DNA of 64,000 nt from Hemiscyllium ocellatum. Its lineage: Eukaryota. The notes beneath the pieces are model-generated. The model worked only from the letters and a program-made list of their open reading frames with translations, ran no database searches and had not been told where the DNA came from. Made by a program: the position numbers and the translations under genes. Positions 1 through 12,280 of the stretch are shown in pieces; positions within the stretch are counted from its first letter, which is position 1, and each line of letters starts with the position of its first letter. The stretch spans positions 14,006,760 through 14,070,759 of the forward strand of contig NC_083409.1 of assembly GCF_020745735.1 (NCBI RefSeq), in the 5' to 3' direction.

Positions 1-1135
1 TTTTTCTGAATGGCAGGTAGTTACCAATTGTCATACTACAGGGGTCAGTCCTTGGTACCAGTTATTCATAATATACAATCATAGAATCATAGAGACCCAA
101 AAAGGCCCATCAGACCATTGTGTCCAGACTGGTCAAAAAAATAGCAACCCAATAATTTTCATCCATTCTTCCAGTATGAGGGAATTAGATGTTCAAGTGT
201 TCAAGAAGGAATTAAATATTGTTCTTAGGATTAAAGGGATCAAAGAATGTGGGGAGAAAGGAGGAACAGGGGATTGTGTTGGATGATCGGCTGTGATCAT
301 ATTGAAGGGTGGAGCATTCGAGGTGTGTAAAATGATGAGGGCCCTGGACAGAGTGGGTAGGAAGGACTGATTTCCATCAGCAGAGAAGCACTAGCTATGG
401 GGAGAGATTGAAATGAATTGGGGCAGGGTTTGAGGGGAGTTGAGGAGTAACTGTTTCTACCCAGAGGCTGGTGAGAACTGGGACTTACTGACTGAAAGGG
501 TGGGAGAGGCCAAAACCATCATCACATTGCAAAAACACTTGAATATTCACTTGAAACAGCAAAGCCTCCAGAGCTATGGAGCAAAAGCTGGAAAGTGGGA
601 TGGAGCTCAATACATCTTTAACAAACCTGCTATCACCCACAGATCAGGAGAACTTTATCTGAGAACATTGGAGCAGACTTGGATCCACATACTTCATTGG
701 GTGTCCATGTGGAAGGTTCCAGATTACATTTCAAACCTTGCTGCACACCAATGGGCTGAGGTCAAGGGTGAGGCTACAAAGAGTCTCACTGCCCCAGGGT
801 CAGCCAAGGTCACTTCTCCTAATGACTCAATGACCCCTGGAAGGTGAGAGTACATGGGTGAGGGTCAGGATCAGGAAGCTCCAACTTTAAAGAAAGACTT
901 GAATTTGTGAGGCACTGTCCCCAACTCAGGATGCCCCAATGGCTCTTTCCAGCAGACTGTGCACAGTAAGATCCCAAACACATTATGATAATTAGCAGGG
1001 AAATAGATTTTTATTGATTTTGATTGGGGTATAAGTATTAACCAGGGCACTGGGGGAACTGGCTGCTCTTCCTCCAATAGTGTCATGGAATGGCATCTTT
1101 CACAACTGAAGGATTCCCAGTTCATCCAAAAAAAG

Positions 1136-1815
1136 TATAGTTCCTTCAAAGTGGAGTTGCAGGTCGATAGTGTGGTGAAGATGTTGTTCAATATGCTTTC
1201 CTTTATTGGGCAGTGCATTGAGTATTGGAGTTGGGAGCTGTTGCGGCTGTACAGGACATTGGTTAGGGCACTTTTGGAATACTGTGTAATTCTGGTCTCC
1301 CTGCTACAGGAATAATGTTGTGAATCTTAAAATGCTTCAGAAAAGATTTACAAAGATGTTGCCAGGGTCGGAGGGTTTGAGCTATCTGGAGAGGCTGAAT
1401 AGGCTGAGGCTATTGTCCCTGCAACTTTGGAGGCTGAGGGGTGACAATATAATGGTTCATAATATCATGAGGGGCATAGATAGGGTGAATAGAGAAGATC
1501 TTTTCTCCAGAGTGGGGCTGTTGAAAACTAGAAGGCATAGGTTGAAGGTGACAGTGGAAGATTTAAAAGGGACCTAAGGGCCAACCTTTTCATGTGGAGG
1601 GTGGTACATGTATGGAATAAGCTGCCAGAAGAAGTGGTGGAGGCTGGTAGAATTACAGCATTTAAAAGGCATCTGGATGGGTATATGAATAGGAAGAGTT
1701 CAGAGGGATATGGGCTAAATGCTGGCAAAGGGGACTAGATTAATTTCGGATATCTGGTCAGCATTGATGAGTTGGATTGAAGGGTTGGTTTCCGTGCTGT
1801 ACAAATCTCTGACTC
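1136..1815 (+). mobile_element. CR1 LINE 3' fragment
   Basis: ORF2 C-terminal motifs (LYRTLVRALLEYC, KRFTKMLPG, LRGD) and a CR1-type 3' end. Confidence 0.85.
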
Positions 1816-2439
1816 TAACTGAAGTTCAATTGAACCCTTAACACCTCAGGCTCTCCCAAAGACATTTATAGACAGTTTTGTTTGAAAACCAGTCACTGTT
1901 ACAATGTCGGGAAAGTGGCAGCCAGTTTCTACTCAGCAAGATCCCATGAAAAGCAATGAGATCAAAGACCACTGTTAATGATGATGGTTCAAAGATAAAT
2001 ATTGTCCTGAACTCAACTCAAAGACCCAATAATTCGGTTGAGTTGGATGGAAAATGAGGAAATAGAGTGGAAAGGAGCAGGTAGGTTGGTGAATAGTGAT
2101 GGGATTGATTGTTACCAGAAAATAAAAGGAAGGGGCAGAATTTTTGAATATCAAAGGAACCATGTGCAGGGAAAATCAATAATAGAACAAACTTAAAGAG
2201 GTTTTATCTAAATGCATGAACCATTCTGAGTACGGGAGACAAAGTGATGCCACAAATTGAGGTAAATTGAGTTTCCAAGGGATTTAAACTAGTTAAAGTG
2301 GAGGAGGGCTCAGGAGAAGTTATTCAGGTTTCTGGAAGATATAATAGGGCAGAGAGTACGGAAAGGATCAAGAGTTGAACATCAAACACAAGAGATAAGA
2401 GGACAATGATGGGAAGGAGTGCAGTCAATGCAGGAATGA

Positions 2440-2738
2440 ACTTGTAGTGCAGATTGAATCTGGCAGGTATGATGTTGTGGGTATCACAGAGATATGGCTG
2501 TAAGGGGATCTGGGCTGGGAACTAAATATCCAAGGATACATGTCCTATCAAAAGGACAGGCAGATGGGCAGAGGGGCAAGAGTTGCCTTGTTAGTAAGAA
2601 ATGAAATTAAATCAATAGCAAGAAGTGATATAGAGTCAGAAGTAGAATCTGGGTGGGTAGAGTGGAGGAACTGCAAGAAATAAAGAATCTGATGAAAGTT
2701 ATGTCCAGGTCTCCAGGCTGTAATCAGGATCATGATCA
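2440..2738 (+). mobile_element. CR1 ORF2 endonuclease fragment
   Basis: Encodes GRYDVVGITEIWL-type APE motif; degenerate. Confidence 0.7.
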
Positions 2739-2739
2739 G

Positions 2740-5615
2740 GAGGGGACAATGGGGAACACAATAATCTGATGCAAATTCCCCATCAACGCTCACCCATCCC
2801 TTAGGCACAGCAAGATCAAAAGCCAAGAAATTCAAATCAACTGTTTGGGAGCCAGAGCCACTGGGAACCCTATATTGATGAATATGACCAGCAGGACCTT
2901 GTTACTCAGAATAACAATTGCATAAGACCAATTTGGGAAATAAATATTCCATAAATTAGACTTGGGTTTTCTTTACTCTTCAAATGAGGTGGAATTGCCC
3001 CGTGTGTCCCTGGAGTCAGATTGAGAATGTTCAGTCTGGGGGAGTCTGGGAGTCACGGCTGGGGAGTACAGTCAATGATAAGCTGGTTCCACTTTCTGCT
3101 GTCATATTCTGTAGCCCCTGGGCCATCTCAGTGACAACCATCCAGGGCTCAGGGTGGATTCCAGAGCATCTCATTGTCCTGACTGTTGTGTTCCTCAGTC
3201 CAGATGTGGCTCCAGCAATCTCACTCCATGGTTCTCGTATCAGTGGGAACCATGGGGCTGAAATCTTATCCAAACAGAATCTCATACAGCAGGGAGGCTG
3301 CTGGTGGATCAGAAACCCCTTGGATTCAGTCCCAGATTCCACTGTGGCTCTTTCATTCAAACACAGCATTAGCACACTGACACCACATTCAGAGGGCAAT
3401 CCTGAGATGGGGCAAGTTTGGTTCTTGATTCCAATGTGAGGAAATGGGGGCTGGGTGTGAAATGTCTAGTCTGAAACTGGTGGGGGTACTTTATAATGAA
3501 GAATAGAAACTGATGTCGGAATAAAGTCAGGTGTTGATGGGAGTGAGGAATATCTCAGTGATCTGTCTCCAGAATCCACAGCCTACACACATCCTTCTGT
3601 CAGACCCTGAAGGCTGAGAAACAGCTCCTTGACATCTAACATTTCTCCAACTTTCCCAGAAATGGTGAAATATTTTCTTTGTCAGTGATTCCCTGGGACA
3701 GGACATATTAAAAAGTGCATTTTAGAATGGATGGCATTGAAGTATGTAGGGAAGAGGTTTTGGGAATACTGGAAAGGATGAAAATAGATAAGTCTCCTGG
3801 GCCTGATGGCATTTATCCTAGGATCCTCTGGGAAGCTAGGGAGGAGATAGCAGAGCCATTGGCCTGGATTTTTATGTTGTCATTGTCAACGGGAATAGTA
3901 CCAGAAGACTGGAGGATGGCGAATGTGGTCCCCTTGTTCAAGAAGGGGAGTAGGGATAGCCCGAGTAACTATAGGCCAGTGAGTCTGACTTCTGTGGTGG
4001 GCAAAGTCTTAGAGAGAATTGTAAGGGATAAGATTTATGAACATCTGGATAGGAATAACGTGATCAAGGATAGTCAGCATGGTTTTGTGAAGGGCAGGTC
4101 GTGCCTCACAAACCTTATTGAGTTCTTTGAGCAGGTGACTAAGGAGGTGGACGAGGGTAAAGCAGTAGATGTTGTGTATATGGATTTTAGTAAGGCGTTC
4201 GATAAGGTACCCCATGGTAGGCTAATGCAAAAACTATGGAGGTATGGCATTGAGGGTGCATTAGAGGTTTGGATTAGAAATTGGCTGGCTGGAAGGAGAC
4301 AGAGGGTAGTAGTTGATGGTATAGGTTCATCTTGGAGTGCAGTTACTAGCGGTGTACCTCAAGGATCTGTTTTGGGACCATCGCTTTTTGTTATCTTTAT
4401 AAATGATCTAGAGGAGGGGCTTGAAAGCTGGGTGAGTAAGTTTGCGGATGACACAAAAGTCGGTGGAGTTGTGGATAGTGAGGAAGGATGTGGCAGGTTA
4501 CAGCGGGATATAGACAAGTTGCAAAGCTGGGCAGAAAGGTGGCAATTGGAATTCAATGTAGCTAAGTGTGAAGTCATTCACTTTGGTAGGAGTAACAAGA
4601 AGATGGATTACTGGGCTAATGGTAGGCTACTTGGTAGTGTGGATGAGCAGAGGGATCTTGGTGTCCATGTACACAGATCTCTGAAAGTTGCCACCCAGGT
4701 AAATAGTGCTGTGAGGAAGGCATATGGTGTACTGGGCTTTATTGGCAGAGGAATTGAGTTCCGGAGTCCTGAGGTCATGTTGCAGTTGTATAAGACTCTG
4801 GTGCGGCCTCATCTGGAGTATTGTGTGCAGTTTTGGTGGCCATACTATAGGAAGGATGTGAAGGCATTGGAACGAGTGCAGAGGAGGTTTACCAGGATGT
4901 TGCCTGGTATGGTAGGAAAATCGTATGAGGAAAGACTGAGGCACTTGGGGCTGTTCTCATTGGAGAAAAGAAGGTTTAGGGGAGATTTGATAGAGGTGTA
5001 CAAGATGATTAGGGGTTTAGATAGGGTAGACACTGAGAACCTTTTACCGCTAATGGAGTCAGCTGTTACAAGGGGACACAGCTTTAAATTAAGGGGTGGA
5101 AGGTATAGGACAGATGTTAGGGGTAGATTCTTTACACAGCGGGTTGTGAGTTCATGGAATGCCCTGCCAGTAGCAGTGGTGAACTCTCCCTCTTTATGGT
5201 CATTTAAACGGGCATTGGATAGGCATTTGGAAGTTATTGGGCTAGTGTAGGTTAGGTAGGATTCGGTCGGCGCAACATTGAGGGCCGAAGGGCCTGTACT
5301 GCGCTGTATTTTTCTATGTTCTATGTTCTGTGCTGTGGGAAGGGAACTGTTGCCTCTCAATGACAAAGCCAATGGAAGGATGTGGAGCTGGCACTGTGAA
5401 ATGTTAGGGCACAGAGGATGACACCAGAAGCAATTCAATGTTGTCACTCTCTGCTTTGCAATTGCTAAACTAGTAATAATTGGTTTTTGCTCACAATTTG
5501 GTCTCTTGTATTCGATCCACTTGCCTTTCTTGCTTTGCTTCTTTTGACTTGAGTCTGTGGGTAGCTCCATCAAACCCCAATTCCCTCACTCTCATCCAGG
5601 CCCCTGAAGAGATTA
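2740..5615 (+). repeat. Inverted paralog of the C-kappa 3' flank (~35000-36580)
   Basis: Reverse-complement ORF pairs (2984+/35608-, 4845-/35044+); collinear apart from the CR1 insertion at 3719-5329. Confidence 0.9.
3719..5329 (+). mobile_element. Young 5'-truncated CR1 LINE with an uninterrupted RT/C-terminal ORF
   Basis: 511-aa ORF 3715-5250 with KSPGPDG, DFSKAFD, GVPQGSVLGP and FADD; (TTCTATG)n tail; GTGC on both sides (3715-3718, 5330-5333). Confidence 0.95.
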
Positions 5616-5624
5616 GAGACAAAA

Positions 5625-5870
5625 GAAAGTGCAAATGCTGGAATCCAAGGTTGACAAGCAGGAGGCTGGGAGAACACAGCAAGCCAGGCAGCATCAGGAG
5701 GTGGAGAAATCAATGTTTTGGCTGTAATCCTTCTTCAGGAATGGGGGTGGGTTGGGAGGTGGGGGAATGATGGGGGAGCTGCAGATAAAGGGAGTAGTGG
5801 GGGGCAGGGTGGTGAGATGGGGATAGGTGAAGGTAGGTAGAGGATTGGTTGATGGGAGGGATGAATACAA
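5625..5870 (-). mobile_element. Penelope-like element terminal fragment (copy ~20717-20962)
   Basis: Similar to the end of the Penelope-like element at 15144 (GCTGG..AACACAGCAAG.CAGGCAG...CTTCTTCAG). Confidence 0.55.
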
Positions 5871-6876
5871 ATTACTCTCCCATCGACTCATCAGGTCATA
5901 TTCTCTACCATTCTCAACCTATCCCTACCTCAACACCCTGCTCCGCCCCATTCCCTTTATCTCCTTTTCCAATCTTTCCTCATCACAGCCCAACCATTCC
6001 AGGGATCAATCGGGTAAAATTCCTGTGAACCACCTCCGATGCATTTATATTCTTCCTTCAATAGGGAGACCAAAACTACCCTCAGTATTTGAGATGTGGT
6101 CACACCAATGTCCAGGAATAACTGAAACATCGCAGTCTCACTTTCTGGTCCTTAAGCACATTTACACTCTCTTGTACCAGGCTTTTTACTGTCCAACTCT
6201 AATTGCCCTGGACCTGGTGGTGATTAGCTGCCATCTTGAACCCCTGCAGTCAGTCTGCTGTTGGTAGACCCACAATGTCATAGGAGGGGAATTCCAGGAT
6301 TGTGACCCAGTGATGATGTAGGAACTGCTTCATATTTCCAAGTCAAACTGGTGAATGACTTGGAGAGGAACTTGCTGGGGTGATGGTCCCATGTACCTGC
6401 TGTCCTTGTCCAAATATAAGTGGTCATGGGTTTGGAAGCTGTTGTCTCAGGATCTTTGGTGAATCTCTGCAGTGCATCTTGTAAATAGTACACAGAGCTG
6501 TTACTGAGCGTCGGTGTGGGGGGAATGCATGTGTGTGAATGTGGTTCCAATCAAGCGGTAACCTTGTTTTCAACAAAATTTAAATAAATAATATAAAACA
6601 GCATAAAATTAAATAAAATATAATTTTGCTGCCTTTTTGATAAACCATCACTGAACCCAAAAAGTTAAACCTCCTCTCCCCACAGAGGCTGCACCTGTTC
6701 CCTTCTCCAGCATCGTGCTTCTATTTGAGATTTGCAGTATTTTGTTTATGTATCTGTGTTAATGCCATTGGTTATAAGAGAAGCATTGGTCAGCACACTG
6801 GGGAGATTTTCCCTGAGATGGTCACAAAGCCCTTATATTCACATCGACCTGAGAGGGCAGTGGTTTAACCGATCAT

Positions 6877-6890
6877 CCAGCAGATGGCGT
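6877..6890 (+). promoter_or_regulatory. CTCF-type motif 1
   Basis: CCAGCAGATGGCGT matches CCASYAGRKGGCRS at 13/14. Confidence 0.5.
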
Positions 6891-7459
6891 CTTTGCCTTT
6901 GCCAGCCTCAGGACAGTGCTCCAGTGTCTGGAGTGGGGCTTGAAACCTGCAGGTTCAGGTGACAGTGTTATCACTGAACCCATCTATTCTTTTCTGGGAT
7001 GTGGGAGTCACTGGCAAGACCAGCATTTGTTCCCCATCCCTACCTGTCCTGAAACTGAGTGGCTTCTTTAGCCTTTTAAATGGCAGGTAAGGGTCAGCCA
7101 CATTACTGGAGTGCTGTTTTGTACATTCTGTGATACATGGAGACTCTGTCAGTATTGGGTATCGCAAGGTATGTTCCCTCCATTGAACACTTTCCAACAC
7201 ACTCTCTCCATCTTTCTTTACTCCTTATTGACTCTTCTACAATTGTCCCTGTTCCCCCAACCCGCCCCGGTCCCAGAGGGATTGATGGCCGGAGTTCATG
7301 ACCCCGCACTGTGTGAAGGTTGGTGTGAAGTGAGGCCAGTGTGTTGGAGATTGGGCTCCTGCCTCAGGACCAGGTGTTGGGGCCTGTTCAACAATCTGCA
7401 CATTGTCCTTTTCCTCTTTCTGAATGAACTGGATCAAGTTGCAGTAATGAGCTGGCGAC

Positions 7460-8577
7460 AAGGTGTCTTGTCTAAAATGTTTCCAGCATTGGGCACAGAA
7501 CTGGCTGAGTAGGAGGAGACAGAGGGCAGTGACGGGGGATGGTTTTCAGAATGGAGGGCTGTGACTCGTGGTTTCCACAGGGAACTCTGCTGTATATGGT
7601 CTACATAAATGATTTGGAGGAAAGCGTAGCTGGTCTAATTAGTAATTTTACAATTGATACAAAGATTGGTAGAAGTGCAGAGAATGAGAAGGATTATCTA
7701 GGATATGGCAGGATAGAGAAGTTGGATGCTTGGACAGAAAAATGGCAGGTGTAGTTTAATCCAGACAAATGTGAGGTGATGCATTTTGAAAGGTGATGTA
7801 CAGGTGGGAATTATACAGTGAATGACAGAATCCTTTGGAGTATTGATATGCAGAGGGATCTGGGTGTGTATGTTCACAGATCACTGAAGGTGCCAGCACA
7901 GGGAGGTAAGGCAGTAAAAAAGGCTGATGGCCTGGTTGCCTTCATTGGAAGGGGCATTGAGTGTAAGGACAGACAAGTTATGCTGCAGCTTTATAGAACT
8001 TTAGTTTGGCCACACTTGGAATAGTGCACACAGTTCTGGTTGCATAGAACTGCACACAGTCCAAAAAGAAGGATGTGGATGTTTTGAAGACAGTGCAGAA
8101 AATGTTTACCAGGATATTGTCTGGTATGGGGGAATTGTAGTTCTGAAGAAAGGTTGGAGAGACTGAGTTTGTTTTCACTGGAATGCAGGAAAATGAGGTG
8201 CGTCCTGATAGAAGTTTACAGAATGGGATAGGCAGAGTGGAAATAATGAGACTTTTTCCCAGGGTGGAGGGGGTCAAATACTAGGGGACGCAGGTTCAAG
8301 GTGCAGGGGTTTGGGGGAATTCATTGTAAAGAGGTGTACAAACCAAGTATTTCACACAGAGGAAGTTGACTACCTGGAACACACAGCCAGAGGAGGGGGT
8401 GGAAGCAGACACAATAGAAGTATTCAAGAAATTCCTGCACTAATGCATGAATAGGAAGGGAATAGAGGGATATGAATCCTGTCGATGAAGATAGTTTCAG
8501 TATAGAAGGGCAAAATGTATCAGCACAGGCTTGGAGGGCCGAAGGGCCTGTTCCTGTGCTGTATTGTCCCTTGTTCT
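7460..8577 (+). mobile_element. Degenerate CR1 RT-3' fragment (copy ~22548-23670)
   Basis: VTRGVPQG, INDLEES, QRDLGVYVHRSLKV and LYRTLVWPHLE motifs with frameshifts. Confidence 0.85.
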
Positions 8578-8999
8578 TTGGTCCCTGCTGTTGAATTGGA
8601 TTCTCGGGAGCCAGCTCCATATGAAGAGCCTGTTCTCATTCTTTTGTTGGAGTTCATGGGGCAGCTGCTGCTTCCTTGTTACGTCACTGATCAAACCAAC
8701 AATGGGGAAAGCCTCTTGATATTTTAAATACACTGTCTGCAGGAAAATGTTTGGCTGAGGTTTTAATATTGTTTAATAAGATAATGACATCAATACACCA
8801 GTGTTCTTTACGGCTGGGAGCATTTAACATCATAGTCCTTGTTTTAAGTGGACTCTCACTCATGATAATACAGTTTTCAATGTTTCTCTCCCTTTATGTG
8901 TTACGAAGAGATTTGCCAACATGTTTTGGTGAGGACAGTGCATCTTCATTGGAGGATTGGAAGATGATATCTTCAGGACACACACACTAAACAACCCCA

Positions 9000-10090
9000 C
9001 CACCCTGTGGCCGACCATTTCAACTCCCCATCCACTTGCTAAGGATATGCAAGTCCCTAGGCCTACTCCACCGCCAAATTGAAGCCATCTAACAACTGGA
9101 GGAAGAACACCACATCTTCCACCTTGAGACCCTCCAATGACACGGAATGAATGTTATAGAGTCATAGAGTCATAGAGATGTACAGCATGGAAATAGACCC
9201 TTCAGTCCAACCCGTCCATGCCGACCAGATATCCCAACCCAATCTAGTCCCACCTGCCAGCACCCGCCCATCTCCCTCCAAACCCTTCCTATTCATATAC
9301 CCATTCAAATGCCTCTTAAATGTTGCAATTGCACCAGCCTCCACCACATCTTCTGGCAGCTCATTCCATACACATACCACCCTCTGCGTGAAAAAGTTGC
9401 CCCTTAGGTCTCTTTTGTATCTTTCTCCTCTCACCCTAAACCTATGCCCTCTAGTTCTGGACTCCCCAACCACTGGGAAAAGATGTTGTCTATTTATCCT
9501 ATCCATGCCCTTCGTAATTTTGTAAAACTCTATCAGGTTATCACTCAGCCTCTGATGCTCCAGGGAAAACAGCACCAGCCTGTTCAGCCTCTCCCTGTAG
9601 CTCCAATCTTCCAACCCTGGCAACATCCTTGTAAATCTTTTCTGAACCCTTTCAAGTTTCACAACATCTTTCCGATAGGAAGGAGACCAGAATTGCATGC
9701 AATATTCCAGCAGTAGCCTAACCAATGTCCTGTACAGCCGCAACATGACCTCCCAACTCCTGTACTCAATACTCTGAATGTTGATGTTACTTGTTTCCTC
9801 ATCTCCACTCCCCCAGCTTATCCCAGATCCAACCCTCCAACTCGGCACCACCCTTTTGAACTGTCCTACCTGTCCATCTTCCTTCCCACCTATCCACTCC
9901 ACCCTTCACTCTGACCTATCACTGTCACCCCCCACCTCCACGTACCTATTGCAATCTTCATTACATTTTCGCCAGCCCCAATTCCCTCCTATTTATCTCT
10001 CCGACTCCTCACTCCCTCCTCTCCATTCCTGATGAAGAGCTTATGCTCAAAACGTCGACTCTCCTGCTCCAGGGATTCTGCCTAACCAGC
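9000..10090 (+). mobile_element. Penelope-like 3' fragment interrupted by a CR1 (copy ~24091-25183)
   Basis: PVADHFN-like GIY-YIG-domain tail and a TCCTGATGAAGAGCTTATGCTCAAAACGTCGAC end. Confidence 0.6.
9156..9774 (-). mobile_element. CR1 3' fragment with 8-bp target-site duplication (copy 24248-24867)
   Basis: ORF 9162-9902 has CR1 C-terminal motifs; TGAATGTT at 9148-9155 and 9775-9782. Confidence 0.9.
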
Positions 10091-10744
10091 GCTACATGAT
10101 TTCACTCTGTGCTGTGGTAACAGTGTGTTAAAGCCCAGTGCAGGTCATCCGTCATCTCAATCAGATCACAGGGTCTAAGGTTGGTCAGTAATGTCTGGCC
10201 CCAGAACAATAACACTGACTGACTGGAGACAACCCAGATCAAGTCCCAGTGAGAGTGTTATTGACCTTCACACTCAAAGCCCACCAAGGAGGTGGTTATT
10301 GTTAGTTTCAATGTTGCCACAGATTAAATTCTCCCAGAGACTCATAATTCATTCCAGATTTTAAACAAGGGAGGGATGTTGTGGGGAGACAGATGGGAAG
10401 GCATGGAGAGGAAACAAAAAGGAGAGAGAATTGCCCTTCTGTTACACTGTTCATGAGCTCAGGATGTTCAAAGATGTTTTACAGCTAATGGAGAAATTCC
10501 AAAGTCTAGTCATTGTTGTAATATGGGCGGGGGAATGACAGCTCCCCCGAACAGAAGGAATGCAAAAACTGCTATCACTATGAGAGTGGAAAGGTCGGGT
10601 GGAGACAATGACAGAGACACCCTCCACAGAGAGAGAGGGGAAAGTACGCAGACACATTTAAAACTGTATTAACACAAGTGAGAAATCAAACAAACACCCA
10701 CTTCATCATGAGTCTTCCTGCATTGTTGGTTTGAATCCAATTCA

Positions 10745-11765
10745 ACAGCAGGGACCAAAGAACAAGGAACTATACAGCACAGGAACAGGCCCTTCGGCCC
10801 TCCCAGCCTGTGTTGACACATTTTGCCCTTCCTCACCGAAACTGTATTCACCTACAGGATTCATATCCCTCTATTCCCTTCTTTTCCGTGTATTCATCCA
10901 GGTATTTCTTGAATGCTGCTATTGTGTCTGCTTCCACCACTTCCACTGGCAGCGTGTTCCAGCCCTCACCACCGTTTGTGTGAAATACTTACCTCACACA
11001 TCTGTTTTAATTCCCCACTGCACCCACCCACCCCCTCCCACACCTTGTACCTGTGTCCCCTAGTAACTGACCCCTCTACCCTGGGAAAATCCCTCATATC
11101 AGACAGCATTCTTGGTACATTTTTTCAGTACCCTCTCCAAAGCATCCACATCCTTCTGGTCATGGTGACCAGAACCATATGCAATATTCCAAGTATGGCC
11201 AAACTAAAGTTCAGTAAAGCTGCAGTATAACTTGTCTATCCTAATACTCAGTGCTCCTCCCAATGTAGCCAAGCCTGCCATTGCCTTTTTTACTACCTTA
11301 GGTGCTGCCACCATCAGTGATCTGTGAACATGTACATCCAGATCCCTCTGCAATTCAATACTCCAAAGGGTTCTGCCATTCACTGTGCAGGTATTCTGCC
11401 ACGTGCTTCATCTTTCAAAATGCATCATTTCACATTTATTTGGATTAAACTTCATCTGCCATTTTCTATCCATGCATCCAATTGATCTATGTCCTGCTGT
11501 ATCCTCTGATAATCTGATCATTAACTGCAACTCCAGCAATCTTTGTGGCATCCACAAACTCATGAATTAGACTAGCCATGTTTTCGTCCAAATCACTTAT
11601 GGAGACCATGGACAGCAAAGGTACCATCATTGATCCCTGTGAAACCCCACAAGACACAGCCCTCCATTCTGAAATCCATCCTTCCATCACTATGCTCTCT
11701 CCTCTGACACAGCCAGTTCTGTATCCAATGCTGGGAACATTTTAGACAAGACACCTTGTTTCCAG
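10745..11765 (-). mobile_element. Degenerate CR1 (inverted partner of 7460-8577; copy ~25838-26858)
   Basis: GVSQGSMMVPL, ISDLDEN and FVDATKI motifs on the minus strand. Confidence 0.8.
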
Positions 11766-12202
11766 ATCGTTACTGCAACTTGATCCAGTTCATTCAGAAA
11801 GAGACAAAGGACAATGTGCAGATTGTTGAACAGGCCCCTACACCTGGGCCTGAGGGAAGGGCCCAAGCTCCAACACACTACACATGAAATTTAAGACAGA
11901 TTGGGGTCATGAACTCTGTCCATATGTTCCTTTGGGACCGGAAAGGAGTGAGGAAATAGAGGCAATTGTAGAAGAGTCAATAAGGATTAAAGCAAGATGG
12001 AGAGCGCGTTTTGGAAAGGGATTAGTGGAGAAAATATACTTTTTGCCACCCAACGTTGACATAGTCTCCGTGTATCACATCATGAATAAAATAGCACACT
12101 GTGAGGACAATCAAAAGTTACACCAAAGTGCTTATTTTTGATATATCACAGCATGCAGAGCATTTTTATTGTAGTGCAATTAGGTATCCTGGTTCAAAAG
12201 AT

Positions 12203-12204
<2 letters not shown>

Positions 12205-12252
<48 letters not shown>

Positions 12253-12280
12253 GCTGTCTCTCTCTCTCTCTCTCTCTCTC
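12205..12280. repeat. (CT)n microsatellite (shorter copy 27298-27341)
   Basis: Read directly. Confidence 0.95.

Larger units (their letters stand above)
322..2738 (+). repeat. Diverged direct paralog of J-C intron segment 38496-~40270
   Basis: Collinear across several repeat/non-repeat boundaries (e.g. GGTGTGTAAAATGATGAGG, TCAGGCTCTCCCAAAG, GATGCCACAAATTGAGG); the left copy has an extra CR1 at ~1136-1815. Confidence 0.85.
6222..8603 (+). repeat. Left inverted arm in unit A (unit B copy ~21314-23695)
   Basis: 6222-7112 is the reverse complement of ~17736-18640; 7113-8603 is the reverse complement of ~10731-12105 (ORF pairs 6732+/17883-, 7111+/11690-, 8515+/10669-). Confidence 0.85.
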
